In this document: positions 37,463 through 49,815 of the stretch, in pieces | Layout of the letters: every line of letters starts with the position of its first letter | Numbering within the stretch: the stretch's first letter is position 1 | Source of the DNA: Phoronis australis | Taxonomy: Eukaryota; Animalia; Phoronida | Reading direction: 5' to 3' | NCBI GenBank assembly: GCA_002633005.1 | Contig: NMRA01000510.1 | Span: 63,438 to 127,437 of the forward strand | Length of the DNA stretch: 64,000 nucleotides | Program-made: the position numbers and the translations under genes | The notes under the pieces: model-generated | Database searches by the model: none | Seen by the model: only the letters and a program-made list of their open reading frames with translations | What the model was told of the DNA's origin: nothing

Positions 37463-40439
37463 TGCTGTCAATTCTTCAACGAAAAAGACTTAAATGTGTG
37501 TCATAGCTAGCATTGTGACGTAGACTTTTGTTTTCATTCACAGTGACGTAATTTCAGTACGTGAACAAGGGTTGGGGGTATAGTACTCTACTAGAAAATT
37601 GACTAATCAAGTGGCTCACTTCCAGTACGGTAGTACCTACTGTATCCTGCAGAATTTCACTGCACATGATGAGACTGCGTTTCGCCCTGTTTAGCTGGCT
37701 AAAATGAAGATTGAATTTAGCCTTCTACTCTCGTAAAATTACCGATTTTACGTCCGTTACCGACAAAAACGTCAAGAAACAAGTCAGCGGTTCATGAAAA
37801 TGCTTTAGAGTTAATGGGGGCCGGCCTTAAAACTGCTAATTGCATTGACGGTGCTTTAAATATAGTCTAGGTAGCCGGGTCATCGCACCCAAAAGCTAGG
37901 TCAATGAATACGATGGGAATTCGACCTCCGGGACCGAAAGGAGAGTTCTATGTCTATTTAATCCCGATCGGTCCTGTTGCCGGTTCAATTTTCAAAGAAT
38001 GAGCAGGGTATTTTTTTCAAAAATTCCAAAGCCGGTTTCGCTGAAGGGTTGACCCCTAAAACGGGCGAAATGCAGTTTTATTTTCGATTCGAGATTGTTT
38101 ATACATGATCTCGCAAGCCTGAGTCACACCCAGGGTTCGCAGTGTAGGATTATCCAACAAGCTAATGCATAACCTACTAAAGTTTTAGTATTTACAGACA
38201 CAGAGTTCTAGCGGAACGCTGTTTGGTCTACTAGAATTTTGCATATCAAAAGGCGACCTTAATTGGTGTAGTTGCAGAATATATTAACGATAAAATAGGT
38301 CGATTCATATCAAGAATCTGCATTTTAGACAATATCCTGACCTGGTGGCGTCATTTTTAACTCATGAGCCCACTACAAATTATGCGTCCTCCAGAACACA
38401 AATAGGGTAGGCTACTCATCTCGTAGCCACAAATTTCCCTCGGATCTGAACGTATATACATGCGCTTCTATGGACTTCAGTCATACCAGCTAGTAAGGCC
38501 ATTAGCGGCGAGAAGTGATTTGCGTCCAGAAAAAAAAAACGTGAGGCCTCTTTCGGAGCGTGGTGCGGTGGCTCTTTCAGAAGCTAGTATTTCTTGCCAT
38601 AACACCCACCTTCAGCTGTGAGTAGGAGTTGGGCTGGGGATCGAGCAAGTGAATATAATTCAGCCAAGATTAACAAATTCAACTCCGCGAGTGGCATCGG
38701 AGGCCGTGGTGATTTAGCTTCTACTCAGTACCTGGATTTTAACTTTGGTTGACTCGAAAGGTTTCACCAATGTCGTTGACAAGTATCGGGCCGGCTAATC
38801 GATAAATTTCAAATTTTTAACGGCTCTTATAGGGGTCAAAATTGAGGAAATAATGATATTTTACCACATTTTATATACGTTTGTGCAATGCCAGAAACGA
38901 TGACAAAAAGAGCCTCCATTATGTTGGTGAAGGAGGGTGCTTATGTTAATTGGTGGGTTTTTTTTAGAAATCCTCGTGAGTTCGCGGTAAATGTCACGCA
39001 AACTTTGATCTATCACCTAGCTGGCCCTCTTGCAGACAGCTCAAGTGCCAAGACGCTGTCTTATAGACTAGGCCTATAACTAAAGGAAACTGTACCTTGA
39101 ACGTTTTATCTCCAGTCCTTGTTAACTTGCGACACACCGGCTCGAATCTTGAAGAGGTCATCACGTTTGAAACCTGGACAAGAAACTTGACTGATACATG
39201 TATTCATATTAAACCGTAATGCATTCGAGCAAATAGTCTAGAGTTCGCACAAAAGTAGAATTACGCCAAAAGGATTTCGAGATCGATTTTCAGTAAAATA
39301 TTAAATTCCGGGCCCTAATGAGCAGTTAACTGGGAATGTTGATGACTTTTCTAATAACTGGCTGGTTAACTATATCGATCTGACGACAACTCGATCACGT
39401 CTTGCAGGAGCTGTTTTGCACCCAAACTAGAATACCAAATTACTAAATTACATAATCTAGTATATGGTTCACAGTAGAAACTTAACCGCTAGATTAAGCT
39501 ATTTCACGGTGTTTTAATCAGGATTTCTACGCCTAATGTTCGTGCAGTTGGCCTACACCTGAAAACTTTATTGCACAAGCAATTAAATAAGGTCTAACTA
39601 CTGGGAAAATGTCGAAAGGCGCGCTGATGTACTGTGTTCTGCTGGCGACATTAATTGTAGGTATGTCACCTCAGTTTTCACTAACAGCGTGGTGTTGTAT
39701 CCAAATGTAATGCCCTGCCAGTGGTTTAGCGAAACCGCGTCGTAGATGTACCTCTTCGCGAGGGAGATTTCACCCGTGGCTACACGATTTATCTCTCGCA
39801 GCTGTGACCGTATAGCGAACGGCGTTAAAATAGTCTGACCGTAATGTTCTGCGCTGGCGTCAGATCACGCTACTCCCACACATGTTAGTAACATAAATTT
39901 GACAGATGTATTATAAAATTGTCTTGCACATCAAACATACTGTTACAGTGTTCGTGTAATGTGCTTATTAAAAAAAACACGATCAACTGGTTTTTCCAAA
40001 GAATTGTTTGGCCCTTATAAGGGCCGTTAACTGTGGCAGGAGCTGGTGGTTTCATTGGTCGCGAATCCGTTTCAAGATACACCCTAGTGAAGTTATTCCT
40101 ATACAAGGAATGAACCCGGGGGACACTCACATTGACAAGATGACCGCATTCGCGGCGAACAGTGTACAGTACCAGAAATTGCGAATAGTCTGTGCTTTCT
40201 TGCGGGACTGGCTCGCACGGTGTTCAATAAGCCTCCTATAATGAGCCCCGGTCCGACCTCAGCACTGACCGTCTTCTACCCGCAATTAAACAACACTGCC
40301 GTCTTCTATACAGGTAATTTCCGCAAAAAGGCCCACCCGGCGATGAAACGCCCATGCCCAAATACGTTTATTTGGTGTTACAACTTCGGGTTTCAAGTGT
40401 TCAGACATTGGGACGTTCATTCGGAAATTGAAAAATATG

Positions 40440-40612
40440 CAAATTCTTCCCGAGATACATCGTCTTTCACAAAAGCGCAAGGTTTGAAGCAGTCTGATGA
40501 ACGGGTCAAATATAGTTGCGCATGTAACTCTTTTGAATGGACTTGACTGACAACTTCAAGGGTTTAGTGCCAAGCTGCAAAACCGAGATGTTGACATTGT
40601 AGAGGCCTACAT
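40440..40612 (+). mobile_element. Decayed hAT transposase fragment (PRKRIR/ZMYM1-like)
   Basis: TKAQGLKQS, then after a frameshift IVAHVTLLNGLD*QLQGFSAKLQNRDVDIVEAY; resembles the hAT LS.KLQ..D.D helix motif. Confidence 0.55.
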
Positions 40613-42338
40613 TGACATCTTATGCCATGAATGCAAAATACAAGTGTAGTTTAATTTAGGTACCTTGAAAATGCTGTCCGTTAACCGTGTAGTTTAGGTA
40701 CCTTGGTTCCTGTGCATCGACGGTCATGTTGGCCTTGAAAACGTATTGACATTATCAGCATAAATGCGTTGTTACTTTGTAAGGTTGTTTTCGATTCTCA
40801 TTTTGGTTCTATTTATACAAACTTGATTATTTATTATCCAAATTTTACCTGTTCTTTGCATATGACGAATGGTATTTAATGCATAATCGTAAGCTTGTGA
40901 AGTTCGTCGCATCTCCAGCAGTGGTTAACACTCGGCTACTGAGGTCAGCCCTGACTCATCGCGAGGGTACCGCACGTCAAATTTCAGCACCAAAAGAGTA
41001 CCCGTTTAGGTAATAAATTACAGGAAAAAAATCTAGATCAGCAAATGTTTTATCTTTATCGCAATATCGTGAAACTGATGCAAAGTACCAGCCTGGAGTG
41101 AGCAATTACCGTGTGACTACCAGCAGTACGTCGTAGTTGGCGGCAAACTGGCCGTTAAACATGTAAAGTAGAAAAAAGCATCCTCACACGGCGATTTTTC
41201 AACAAACAAAAACAAGTTTTATCTCATAACAGTGAGCTCCACACCCGATTTGCAATAAAGCGCACCTATGCTAGATTTTACTGCCCGGACACAGGCAGTA
41301 ACCGGCGAACTTGGTCCCCAGCTGCAGTTGCCGTGACTTTTCGCCGGGAAAATAATCACTTGCTAAATTGGCTTTGATTTTCGATTATTAGAGAAAAATA
41401 TTTTAAAACCTGACAAAATGTTAGAATATATACCTCTGTTGTCTACATAAAAATTCCGCGTCGCAAATGGGGGCCGGGTGGGGAAGTGTAGTAAATGAGC
41501 TGAATGTCGGCGATGGAAAATATTGCAGTGTTAGTAGCATGACGCAGTATTCTCTTTGTCACACGAATTTCCCTCATTCAACGCCCGAGTAGCTAATTAA
41601 TTTGGTAATCTTGTCCCGTGGAACACACTAGATGTTTGCGCACGGCAGGCCAGGCGGCCCGGCTCAATCGCGTAGCATCATGGCCGAATGTTTCTGTCTG
41701 AGTGGGAATTATTGCTTTTACTTTAAAGTTTAAACTCATTAATACTTAAATTATACCATCTGGAACCATGTCAAGTTTTCTTACTGATTTTATTTCGTCA
41801 CCAAATGTTTTTCTGCAGTGGCGGATCTAGGCTACAATAAGGGGGGGGGGGGCAACATTTTGTGTGAGGCCAATTGGAAATTGAGCAAAGCACGGTCATA
41901 TGCGCGCAGACAGCCCGAAGACAGCGAGGCTAGAGTGTCTGAACCTTCTACTGCAGATAAACGGAGGACAAAAAAGCGGTTGCGCAAATCTTCGGACACT
42001 TAAAACGAAGTGTAAGCCACCCGCCAGCCGCATATCGATTGTCGGGGTGAATTGTCAATTCTTTACGCTCTTGCTGTTTATTGTTTTGCTGCAGCCGGGG
42101 GGCAAACTCGCTGGTTCCCTAAGTGCCTCTAGCCAGCATACTGGCTACCGACCACCTATAGCCACGCAGGGAACCAGCGAGGGGGCACAATAATTACTGT
42201 TAAAATCTATTTGCCACATTTTGTCAACAATTTCAGTGCAAATTGTCCTATATTGGTTTTATTAAAGTTAAGGTCCGCTTTCGATTATTTTATTCCTGTT
42301 TGCAGGCTGGTAACAGAAACTGCTCTAGTCGCAGAGCC

Positions 42339-42477
42339 GGGCGTGCGTTCAGTAGATGCTAGGACCGAGCTAAAATCTAGTCAGTCACGTGTTCTTATTT
42401 AAAATACATGGCAATATCTCACGCAATCTCGTGAAGTCTTGCTTTTTAGCGAGGTCCTAGCGTTACTGAACGGGAGG
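42339..42477. mobile_element. MITE (~140 bp) with ~25-bp TIRs
   Basis: GGCGTGCGTTCAGTAGATGCTAGGACC ... GGTCCTAGCGTTACTGAACGGGAGGC; related copy at 6183-6318. Confidence 0.7.
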
Positions 42478-42777
42478 CGGTATTCTTAGCCTGGGTTCCT
42501 GACTGAATTGTACTTCCGGTTTCGCGGTTAGTTAAAAATGGCGGAGTGTTCTTTGGGTCGGAATCATGAGTTGCGCGTTTTAATGAGACATAGTATCTTT
42601 AATACCTGGTCCAGTAAAAAACAAATCCACCAAAGTTTCTGATATCCTGACAATTTCTTAATTTTTATCTTGTCATTAAAAGCAAAAATTAAAAAATTCA
42701 AAATTCACTTAATAAATATCTTCAGAAGATAATTTGATTTCCGTACCACAGCTTTATGAAACAGTTGGCCTACAATG

Positions 42778-45700
42778 CTAAACAACTTGGTAAGGCATTT
42801 GTCGTCCTTCTAATGCAGCTATTATATTCATTGCTGTTATATCGGACATTCCCTGCCTGGTGTCTATAGTTGCACTGGCGATGTGGGGCAACACAACACA
42901 ATTCTTTAAATTCAACAATGGATGATCTGTCGGAAGTGGTTCAGGCGTGGTCACATCCAAGCCAGCCGCTCCAATTTCCCCACTTTTCAGGGCCTCGTAC
43001 AAATCGTCTTGATTTACAACACCTCCACGGCTTGAATTTACAAACACTGCAGTCTTTTTCATTTGTTTGAAAGCATTTTTGTTGAACATTTCTTTGGTGT
43101 CTGGAGTCAGAGCACAACATGATACGACGAAATCTGAATTCTTAAGAAGCTCTTCAAACGAGACAAATTCTGCATTGAGTTCTTCGGCATAAGGCTTCGC
43201 AGTCTTTCCACAGTACAAAAATTTGGCAACTTTATGTGGAGCCAGTCTCTCCACCACACCCTTACCTGAAAAATGACATTTTGGAATTTATAAAAGAGTA
43301 ATTTTTGCTCTGACTACAGAAATAATAAACATTTGCCACTTTTATTTAATCACACCAACATCAGACTAACGCTCTGCTCTGTATGTTCCAGTTTAAGACC
43401 TATTTCAGTACCATATAGAGCAAGTGCTTTGCCCCAATCCCATTTCAAACAAAACACTCCAATTTGGGTGCACAACACAAGTATGTTTGAATACATGTAA
43501 ATCTTAAACCAGCGTGGAAATATAGATTACAAACATTTTTAAGTCTGATCTGCATGCCACCTACTGGCATGCAAACCAAACTTAAAAATGTTTGCAAACA
43601 AGTATATCTGTTTAAAATTTGGAATCAAAGTGGAAGAGACATCATCAAAGCCAGTTGAAAAAGAAAGCAACGTGATTTACAGGCACCAATATTTGTCAGA
43701 AATAATGACAAAAAATCAAAATCTTCCCTGAAATATCCATCTGTGAAAGACTCAACTTCGTAAGGTAGAGAACTAATGCCAACCAATCCTGTAATTAACT
43801 TAATAATGAGTTAATTAAAAATAGTCGCAAAATTGTGACGCCAATTGGACCATGTGTGCTTCACTGCTAGAAGAGAATCAAGGCTGAATACCTATGAGGT
43901 TGTCTTACACATGGGTGGTATTGCAATGTTGTGTGGTGGGTATATTTTTCTGGCAGTTATTAATAACTGAAATATGAACATTGTGCACAACCAGGTTGTT
44001 CCATAGAATGTCAATGTTTTGTAACAAGACTTCTCAATTCTCAGTTTAGTGAGCTCAAACACATAAACTAACTTCATTTGTTTCGCACAACAATATCTTA
44101 ACTTGCCAATTAAAAATGGTTGCATCCTCAATTGTATTCTGGATTGGTTGACATTTCACAGTACACTAATTCTTCAGCTATTTAGCCGACAAGTAAAATA
44201 ACATTTTGCGAAATTTCTCCACATATGTAAGATATATGTAAGCTTATTATGAGTTTGGTTTGTACTGTGTCATGTTAAAACAACATTCATTGTAAAGTTT
44301 CCATCACCTCCAGCAAGGTAATCATCTTTAGAAAACTGGAAAATGACAGTTTCGGCAATTGTTTTTGTGGGAAATAAGTGGAGTATTACTGTAAGTCACC
44401 GATAACATCATACAAATCAAATTTTACTTGCAAAATTACAAGCTGCCTACCTATTCGTCCAAGACCAACAACTCCTACAGTGCTGTTCTGAAGACCCTGA
44501 CCACATAACCAAAGGGGTTGCCACGTTCCCCACTCACCACTTTTTACAGCAGCCACACCTGAAATATTATAGTACACCAAAAAAACGTAGAAAAAATCTT
44601 AAAAACTGGTGAAATTTGAGAGCAAAATTTTAAGCACTTTTCAGGTCTTTTATTTCTTCGTCAGAATCCTATCTGGGTTTTCACCAAAAATTTGTCAAAC
44701 CTACGTGAATCCGGTGAAATCTGTAAACACATTTCCAGGCCAATATAACATGTGGCCCACATTGGAATTTTTTATTCCATTCTCAAACACAATGTCCAAA
44801 GAACTCTAGAGATACTTTGACAAACAGGAATGACATTCACACTGGAATTAACAGTGGATACCCAATTAGTTATAACATCTTTCAACCCCATGTGATGTAC
44901 AGTAGTGATCCAGTTTCAACCATAAAACACAAAGGGAATAATTGTGGCTCTTGAATCTTGGCTAAACAGACAATACATTTAGAATAAATGTATGTGTTAA
45001 ACATCTGTAATTTTGTTACCAACCTTCCATGAGTCTGCGAGATGTAGCTAACAGTAGAGCTACAGTCAACTCAGCGGTGGCATCTGTCAGTACATCTGGG
45101 GTATAACCCACTGGGATACCTCTTCGCTTGCACTCTACCAAATCTATATGGTCATGGCCCACTGACATGGTACCAACAACCTTTAAACTGGAACCTAGTT
45201 AACAATGAAAATATGCTAATTAGTGCATTTAATACAAATTACACCATGTATCTCCAGCTTAATCCCGATCTGAGTGACCATTCTATCCATGAGATTAAAT
45301 TTCCTTTGAAAACAGAAGACTGGAGTGACTTGGTGCCACAAAATACCATAAATACCGGTAAATACTAAACCCTGTTTTCGTGATTTCAACCAATCCTCGT
45401 TCTGCACCCTACTAATGCACAATTGACGTCTCACTGGAGCACTGACAAAAACAGGATTCAACAAAAAACATAAACTGGCTCATACATAGATTTGTTGCGA
45501 TCGATGTTGTAATTGGTCAAATATTTTGCCAGACCCAGAGACTGCCAGATTTTTAAAAAATTACCATTTGACTTAAAAAGTCCTGTAAAATACTGGTAAA
45601 CAATATGTATGGAAATGATTACATGTGGACAATAGATTGGAAAAATACAGACGGTTGACAAAACTTCAATGATGCCCCTTTCAGTTTCTCTTTTACAACT

Positions 45701-47202
45701 TACCAGACTAAAAAAGTGGTGACCCTGAAAACATCGCTGCCAAAGGAAGACTTTTAAGTGTAAACATATAGCCAAGTAAATTGCATTAGTAACAGGATTG
45801 AGTTCTAACTTAATTTCAAAATGAAAGGATCAACGAACATCAAAAAGTGTCAAAGTTCGTTAATCAGGTAAGCCCGTTGAACTCTATGGTTTTCAATATA
45901 ATTTCACTCAAAACTTAGATCCAACTCCCGGGCTTAACTACAGGGAGTCCAGGGGCGGTTCCATGATTTTGAGTGGGGGAGGGGGGGGGGGTAAGNATTT
46001 GCACCCCTGATCTACCAAATGGAATGTGGGAAAATCTTGGGGGGGGCTTGGCCACCCTCTAAATCCGCCACTGGAGTCATCCCTAGAAAATAACTCGCAA
46101 GTATTTCTTTACTGTTTATTGATGACAGCAAACTACGAATGATCGTAATCTGAAAGAACAGAGACAGGGGATAAATAATAGGTCGCTGATAAGTGACCTG
46201 TGATTATAATAGGTTAACAATGCTAGATGTGCCAAGGCTACAATAAATGAAGGAATCTTACCGCTAATTAAACAATGGACTTAGAGACAACAGGAACATG
46301 GTGGCTAGGGCAAACAGCAAGCGCCATCTATATGTCATAATTCTCTAATCCCGTTGTTGCCCTGCTGTGTGTGAACTTGGAATCCTGCTTAACCTCAAGA
46401 TTAAGGCTTAAGCGGAAGTGAGTGTTGCGTGAACTAGAAACTGAATATTCTTTATAGCAAGAAGGGGAAATTTTTGTTCGCATTTGGCCTCGTGATCAAC
46501 CATTTTCTCCTTTAACGCAAATGTCGCTAAACCGGAGGAATATGTGAATAGCTAAATCCATTATTGTTTGGTGAAACTGATCGCCCGTGGTTGAAAAGGT
46601 TAAAATTGACTTTATTTTATTCAAATGTAACTTGATTTAGTGCAGTGCAAATTTTTATGAACATGAACTTGATTATTTGAGTGAACTTGCCAAGTTGCTT
46701 CTAGTATTCCAAGATCACGCAACACTCACTTGAGATTTAAGCTGGATTCCAAGTTCACGTACAGCAAAAATAGTCCCTGGCCTAACCCGGATGTTATCCG
46801 AAGAATAAAGTTTAGAATGGTTACGTAATAACTTAAACTGCATAATTTACCTGCAGCCTCTAACACGTCCTTGTCTATTTTATCAGTGAGTAAACAGAAT
46901 ATTGCATCAACTCCAGCTACACACTTTAACAATTCCTCTTCCTTTGGGGGAACATCACTATCACGCTGAATCAACTCGTACTCCATTTCTTGCAAACGTT
47001 TGATACCGGCTTCAGGTAGCGTTTTCCTAGTAACATAAATACGTCGTTTTGGCAAGGAAGACATATCTCTGACTTGCAGTCGTGTACCGTTGCGTTTGGC
47101 GAGTGGTCTTGTCTTGACAGAATATTTCTGGATATCAACAAACGAGCTAAACTTGCAGGTTTTTAGGAGGTTCCTGCTGGAAGCAAACGACCGGAAACTC
47201 AT
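42778..47202 (-). CDS. GRHPR: Glyoxylate reductase/hydroxypyruvate reductase paralog B (372 aa, N-terminal presequence)
   Basis: Exons 47202-46851, 45194-45024, 44558-44451, 43265-42778 (1119 nt); same intron positions as paralog A. Motifs [55 protein letters not shown]. Confidence 0.95.
45950..46073. mobile_element. Small hAT-like MITE with 5-bp TSD
   Basis: CAGGGGCGG...CCGCCACTG flanked by GAGTC on both sides. Related ends at ~1070-1083 and ~41816-41831. Confidence 0.7.
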
Positions 47203-47500
47203 TGTTAATGGTAAAGTGAACTTTCCTGCATTCGATTTTTGTCTGTGTAAAATGCAACATTCGCGTTGTAACGTATTTCAGTTGTTTATCTTTGGACCGA
47301 AATTGTAGGGTTTAGACATCTGACACTGTGCTATTAAAGTTTCTGGTAGCTATTGCGTTCTTCATGTGTCGTTGGTAAAATAAGTCCTGTACAAAACATA
47401 CCCATTTCCGTTCACCAGGAGTGCGCTGAACTATGTCGACTTAGGTGCCCTTGAAAGTGGTAAAGAATTACGTGGATGCAGAGTCCTAAGTACGCATAGA
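47203..47500. promoter_or_regulatory. Putative bidirectional promoter between GRHPR-B and the ASB gene
   Basis: Only ~300 bp between the GRHPR-B ATG and a strong plus-strand donor (AT|GTAAGT at 47502). Confidence 0.45.
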
Positions 47501-47681
47501 ATGTAAGTCCGCAGTTGGTTCTCGTTTTTAAATGACAATTATTGTTAAATCCCATGCTACGATTTGAAGGAAACCAAACTAGACAAATTCAACCTAAATC
47601 CCTGGCTAAGTCTTAAGAGTAAGTGCAGCTCTCGGTGTGCAGGTTTGGTGACCTCGGCCTCGGGTCAGGACTTCAGCCCAG

Positions 47682-48480
47682 TAGGCAATTACATCGCCCT
47701 GGATGCCGCAGCCATACAGGGGCGATAGTACATCCCCACAAAAAGTTACTCATTTCAAAATACAGGAAATAAAATCAAATGAAACATGCATATATGCACA
47801 TGGAGTTATAAACAACTCATACCTGAAGTCTGGAGACGATTCAGTCAAGATAATTTGAACATATCGATGGAAATCTGTCACGGTTTGCTCGAATTTCTCT
47901 TACCGGGTGCCATTTTGAGGAAGTTACGTGAAATCACCCATGTCGACGAATAAAAAGTCCAAGAGACACAAATCTTACACGCAAACGTCATGCGCTTCGC
48001 TCAGTCTCGTGCTAGCCTTTGCCTAGGCAATTACATCGCCCTTATGCTGCAGGCATACAGGGGCGATAATACATCCCCACAAAAAGTTACTCATTTCAAA
48101 ATACAGAGAGGCTACGTGTTGCCTAGCCTTTGCCTAACTCACATGACTCAGTCGACATACTTTGTGGTTATCGCGCATGTGGTGAAAAAGTTAACGGCAA
48201 TCAAAAAGTGGAGTTGGAACTCTTTGCCAAAGTCACCTTAATTCTCAAAACTAAACTTCATCGAAGATATGTATAGAAGTAGAAAGGACCAATGAAGAAA
48301 GTAAGCGCTTATTTTAAATGATAGTTGTAAGTGTGGAATGTATTTTTGACGAGGTGAAAACTCAAAATCAGTGGCCGGATTTGGCCTACCGCCCGTTTAA
48401 AATACATGTAACGAAATGCATACAGAAAGCAAATGTATTGTAGCCCCTAAATGGGCAACTGAGGGGCTACGTGTTGCCTA
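47682..48480 (+). mobile_element. Non-autonomous DNA transposon family A (TAGGCAA...TTGCCTA, 9-bp TSD) containing a nested 102-bp self-derivative
   Basis: Outer TSD TCAGCCCAG/CCAGCCCAG. Inner copy 48024-48125 has a perfect TSD GCCTTTGCC. Subterminal hairpins ATCGCCC..GGGCGAT and TAGCCCCT..AGGGGCTA. Confidence 0.85.
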
Positions 48481-48595
48481 CCAGCCCAGCAGCTCAGGCT
48501 GGCAGTGAATGCCGTAGGCATGTACAGGTGACGGTCCTGTAATATCATGGAGCTACTCAACCAATTTTCTTTTTCATTGATGTGATAAAGTATGG

Positions 48596-49357
48596 TAGCC
48601 TTGGTACAAAGCTGTACACTAAATATACAGCTGTGCGCGATGTGGGTAAAAAAGTGGTAAGATAAAATCTGACACAAAATTGGTGTCATTAAAAACTACT
48701 GTAACACTCTTCCTTGAGTAAATTAAATTTGTTAACGGTGTTGGAAAAAATGGCCTTGCACCGTTATTCTGCTGCTAAAGTTGTTGAGTTTTTGGCGCCA
48801 TGAAATATTGCGTCATCTATCGCCCAGTTTCTTCTTTTGCAGATTCTTTTATCAATCTTCTTCTCCGAGGTTGTGTAGATATCACAACAAATTATTGAAA
48901 CTGGTTTCATTTAGTTATAAGTTTTTAGAATTTTGTTACCGAAAAACCAAATTTTAAAAGAAATTTTGCTGCTACCAAGCTATCATCATTTCCCGAGAGA
49001 TCTCGCGAAAATTTAGGAAATGGCGCGTGCACATGTCATGAGCATACTGTTTTCAAAACGACGATATAACTTTTCTTTGTTAGAAAAGGCGAAGGATTAC
49101 GCAAGAAAATGACGTTTATCAGATTGTTTTCCACTTAAACGGCTGTAACGGGCAATGTGAGTGTCGTTTGATTCCCAGATTCTAAATGCACCCCGTCAGG
49201 TCTTTAGCTAGATACATGTTGATACAGGTTTCACGACAAGGTGGCAAGCAGAATTGCCCAGGCTGTTTTGGCAATTTCGGGGTCTATGGAAGAAAAACAC
49301 TCATTGGTACCTAGCTGTATTTTGACGATAGTCTTCATACAGCTAGCTGGCTGGCTA
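48596..49357 (-). mobile_element. Family B non-autonomous DNA transposon (second copy)
   Basis: Reverse-complement homology to 18505-19484; ends TAGCCTTGGTAC / GCTGGCTGGCTA; flanks AAAGTATGG/ACTATATGG (6/9). Confidence 0.75.
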
Positions 49358-49815
49358 ACTATATGGAAACAGTTAGGAATCATCATTAAGCAAAATATTG
49401 AAACTCAAAGTGTGCGTGAGACAGTTGTCTCGCCAGTCCGGTCATATAGCCTTACCCTGTAGGCCTAATGAGGGGCTCCACCTGTACCAGTTACCTCAGC
49501 AGTAGCTCTCAGGAAATCTGTTTTGGAGCAGTGTCTGACTGCAGGAATTACTTTCCACACATCTATGCATGTACTATGAAGCTGGTTGCAATGTATCTCG
49601 GTAACAACATTAATCGTGGACCAATTTTTGTGCTTCAAAATCGAAATTTGAAGGTTTTTCGCAATTAAGACAGATATGCAAAGCTGAGGCTGAGGCACAA
49701 GCAACTGATAGGAAGTGCTTGCCAGGGTAGGCAAGGACTGGGCTACAAGACCGGGAATCCAGCAAGGAAGAGACTTAAAAACCAAGACAGAGACAGAATA
49801 ATCAGAGAAGTTAGA

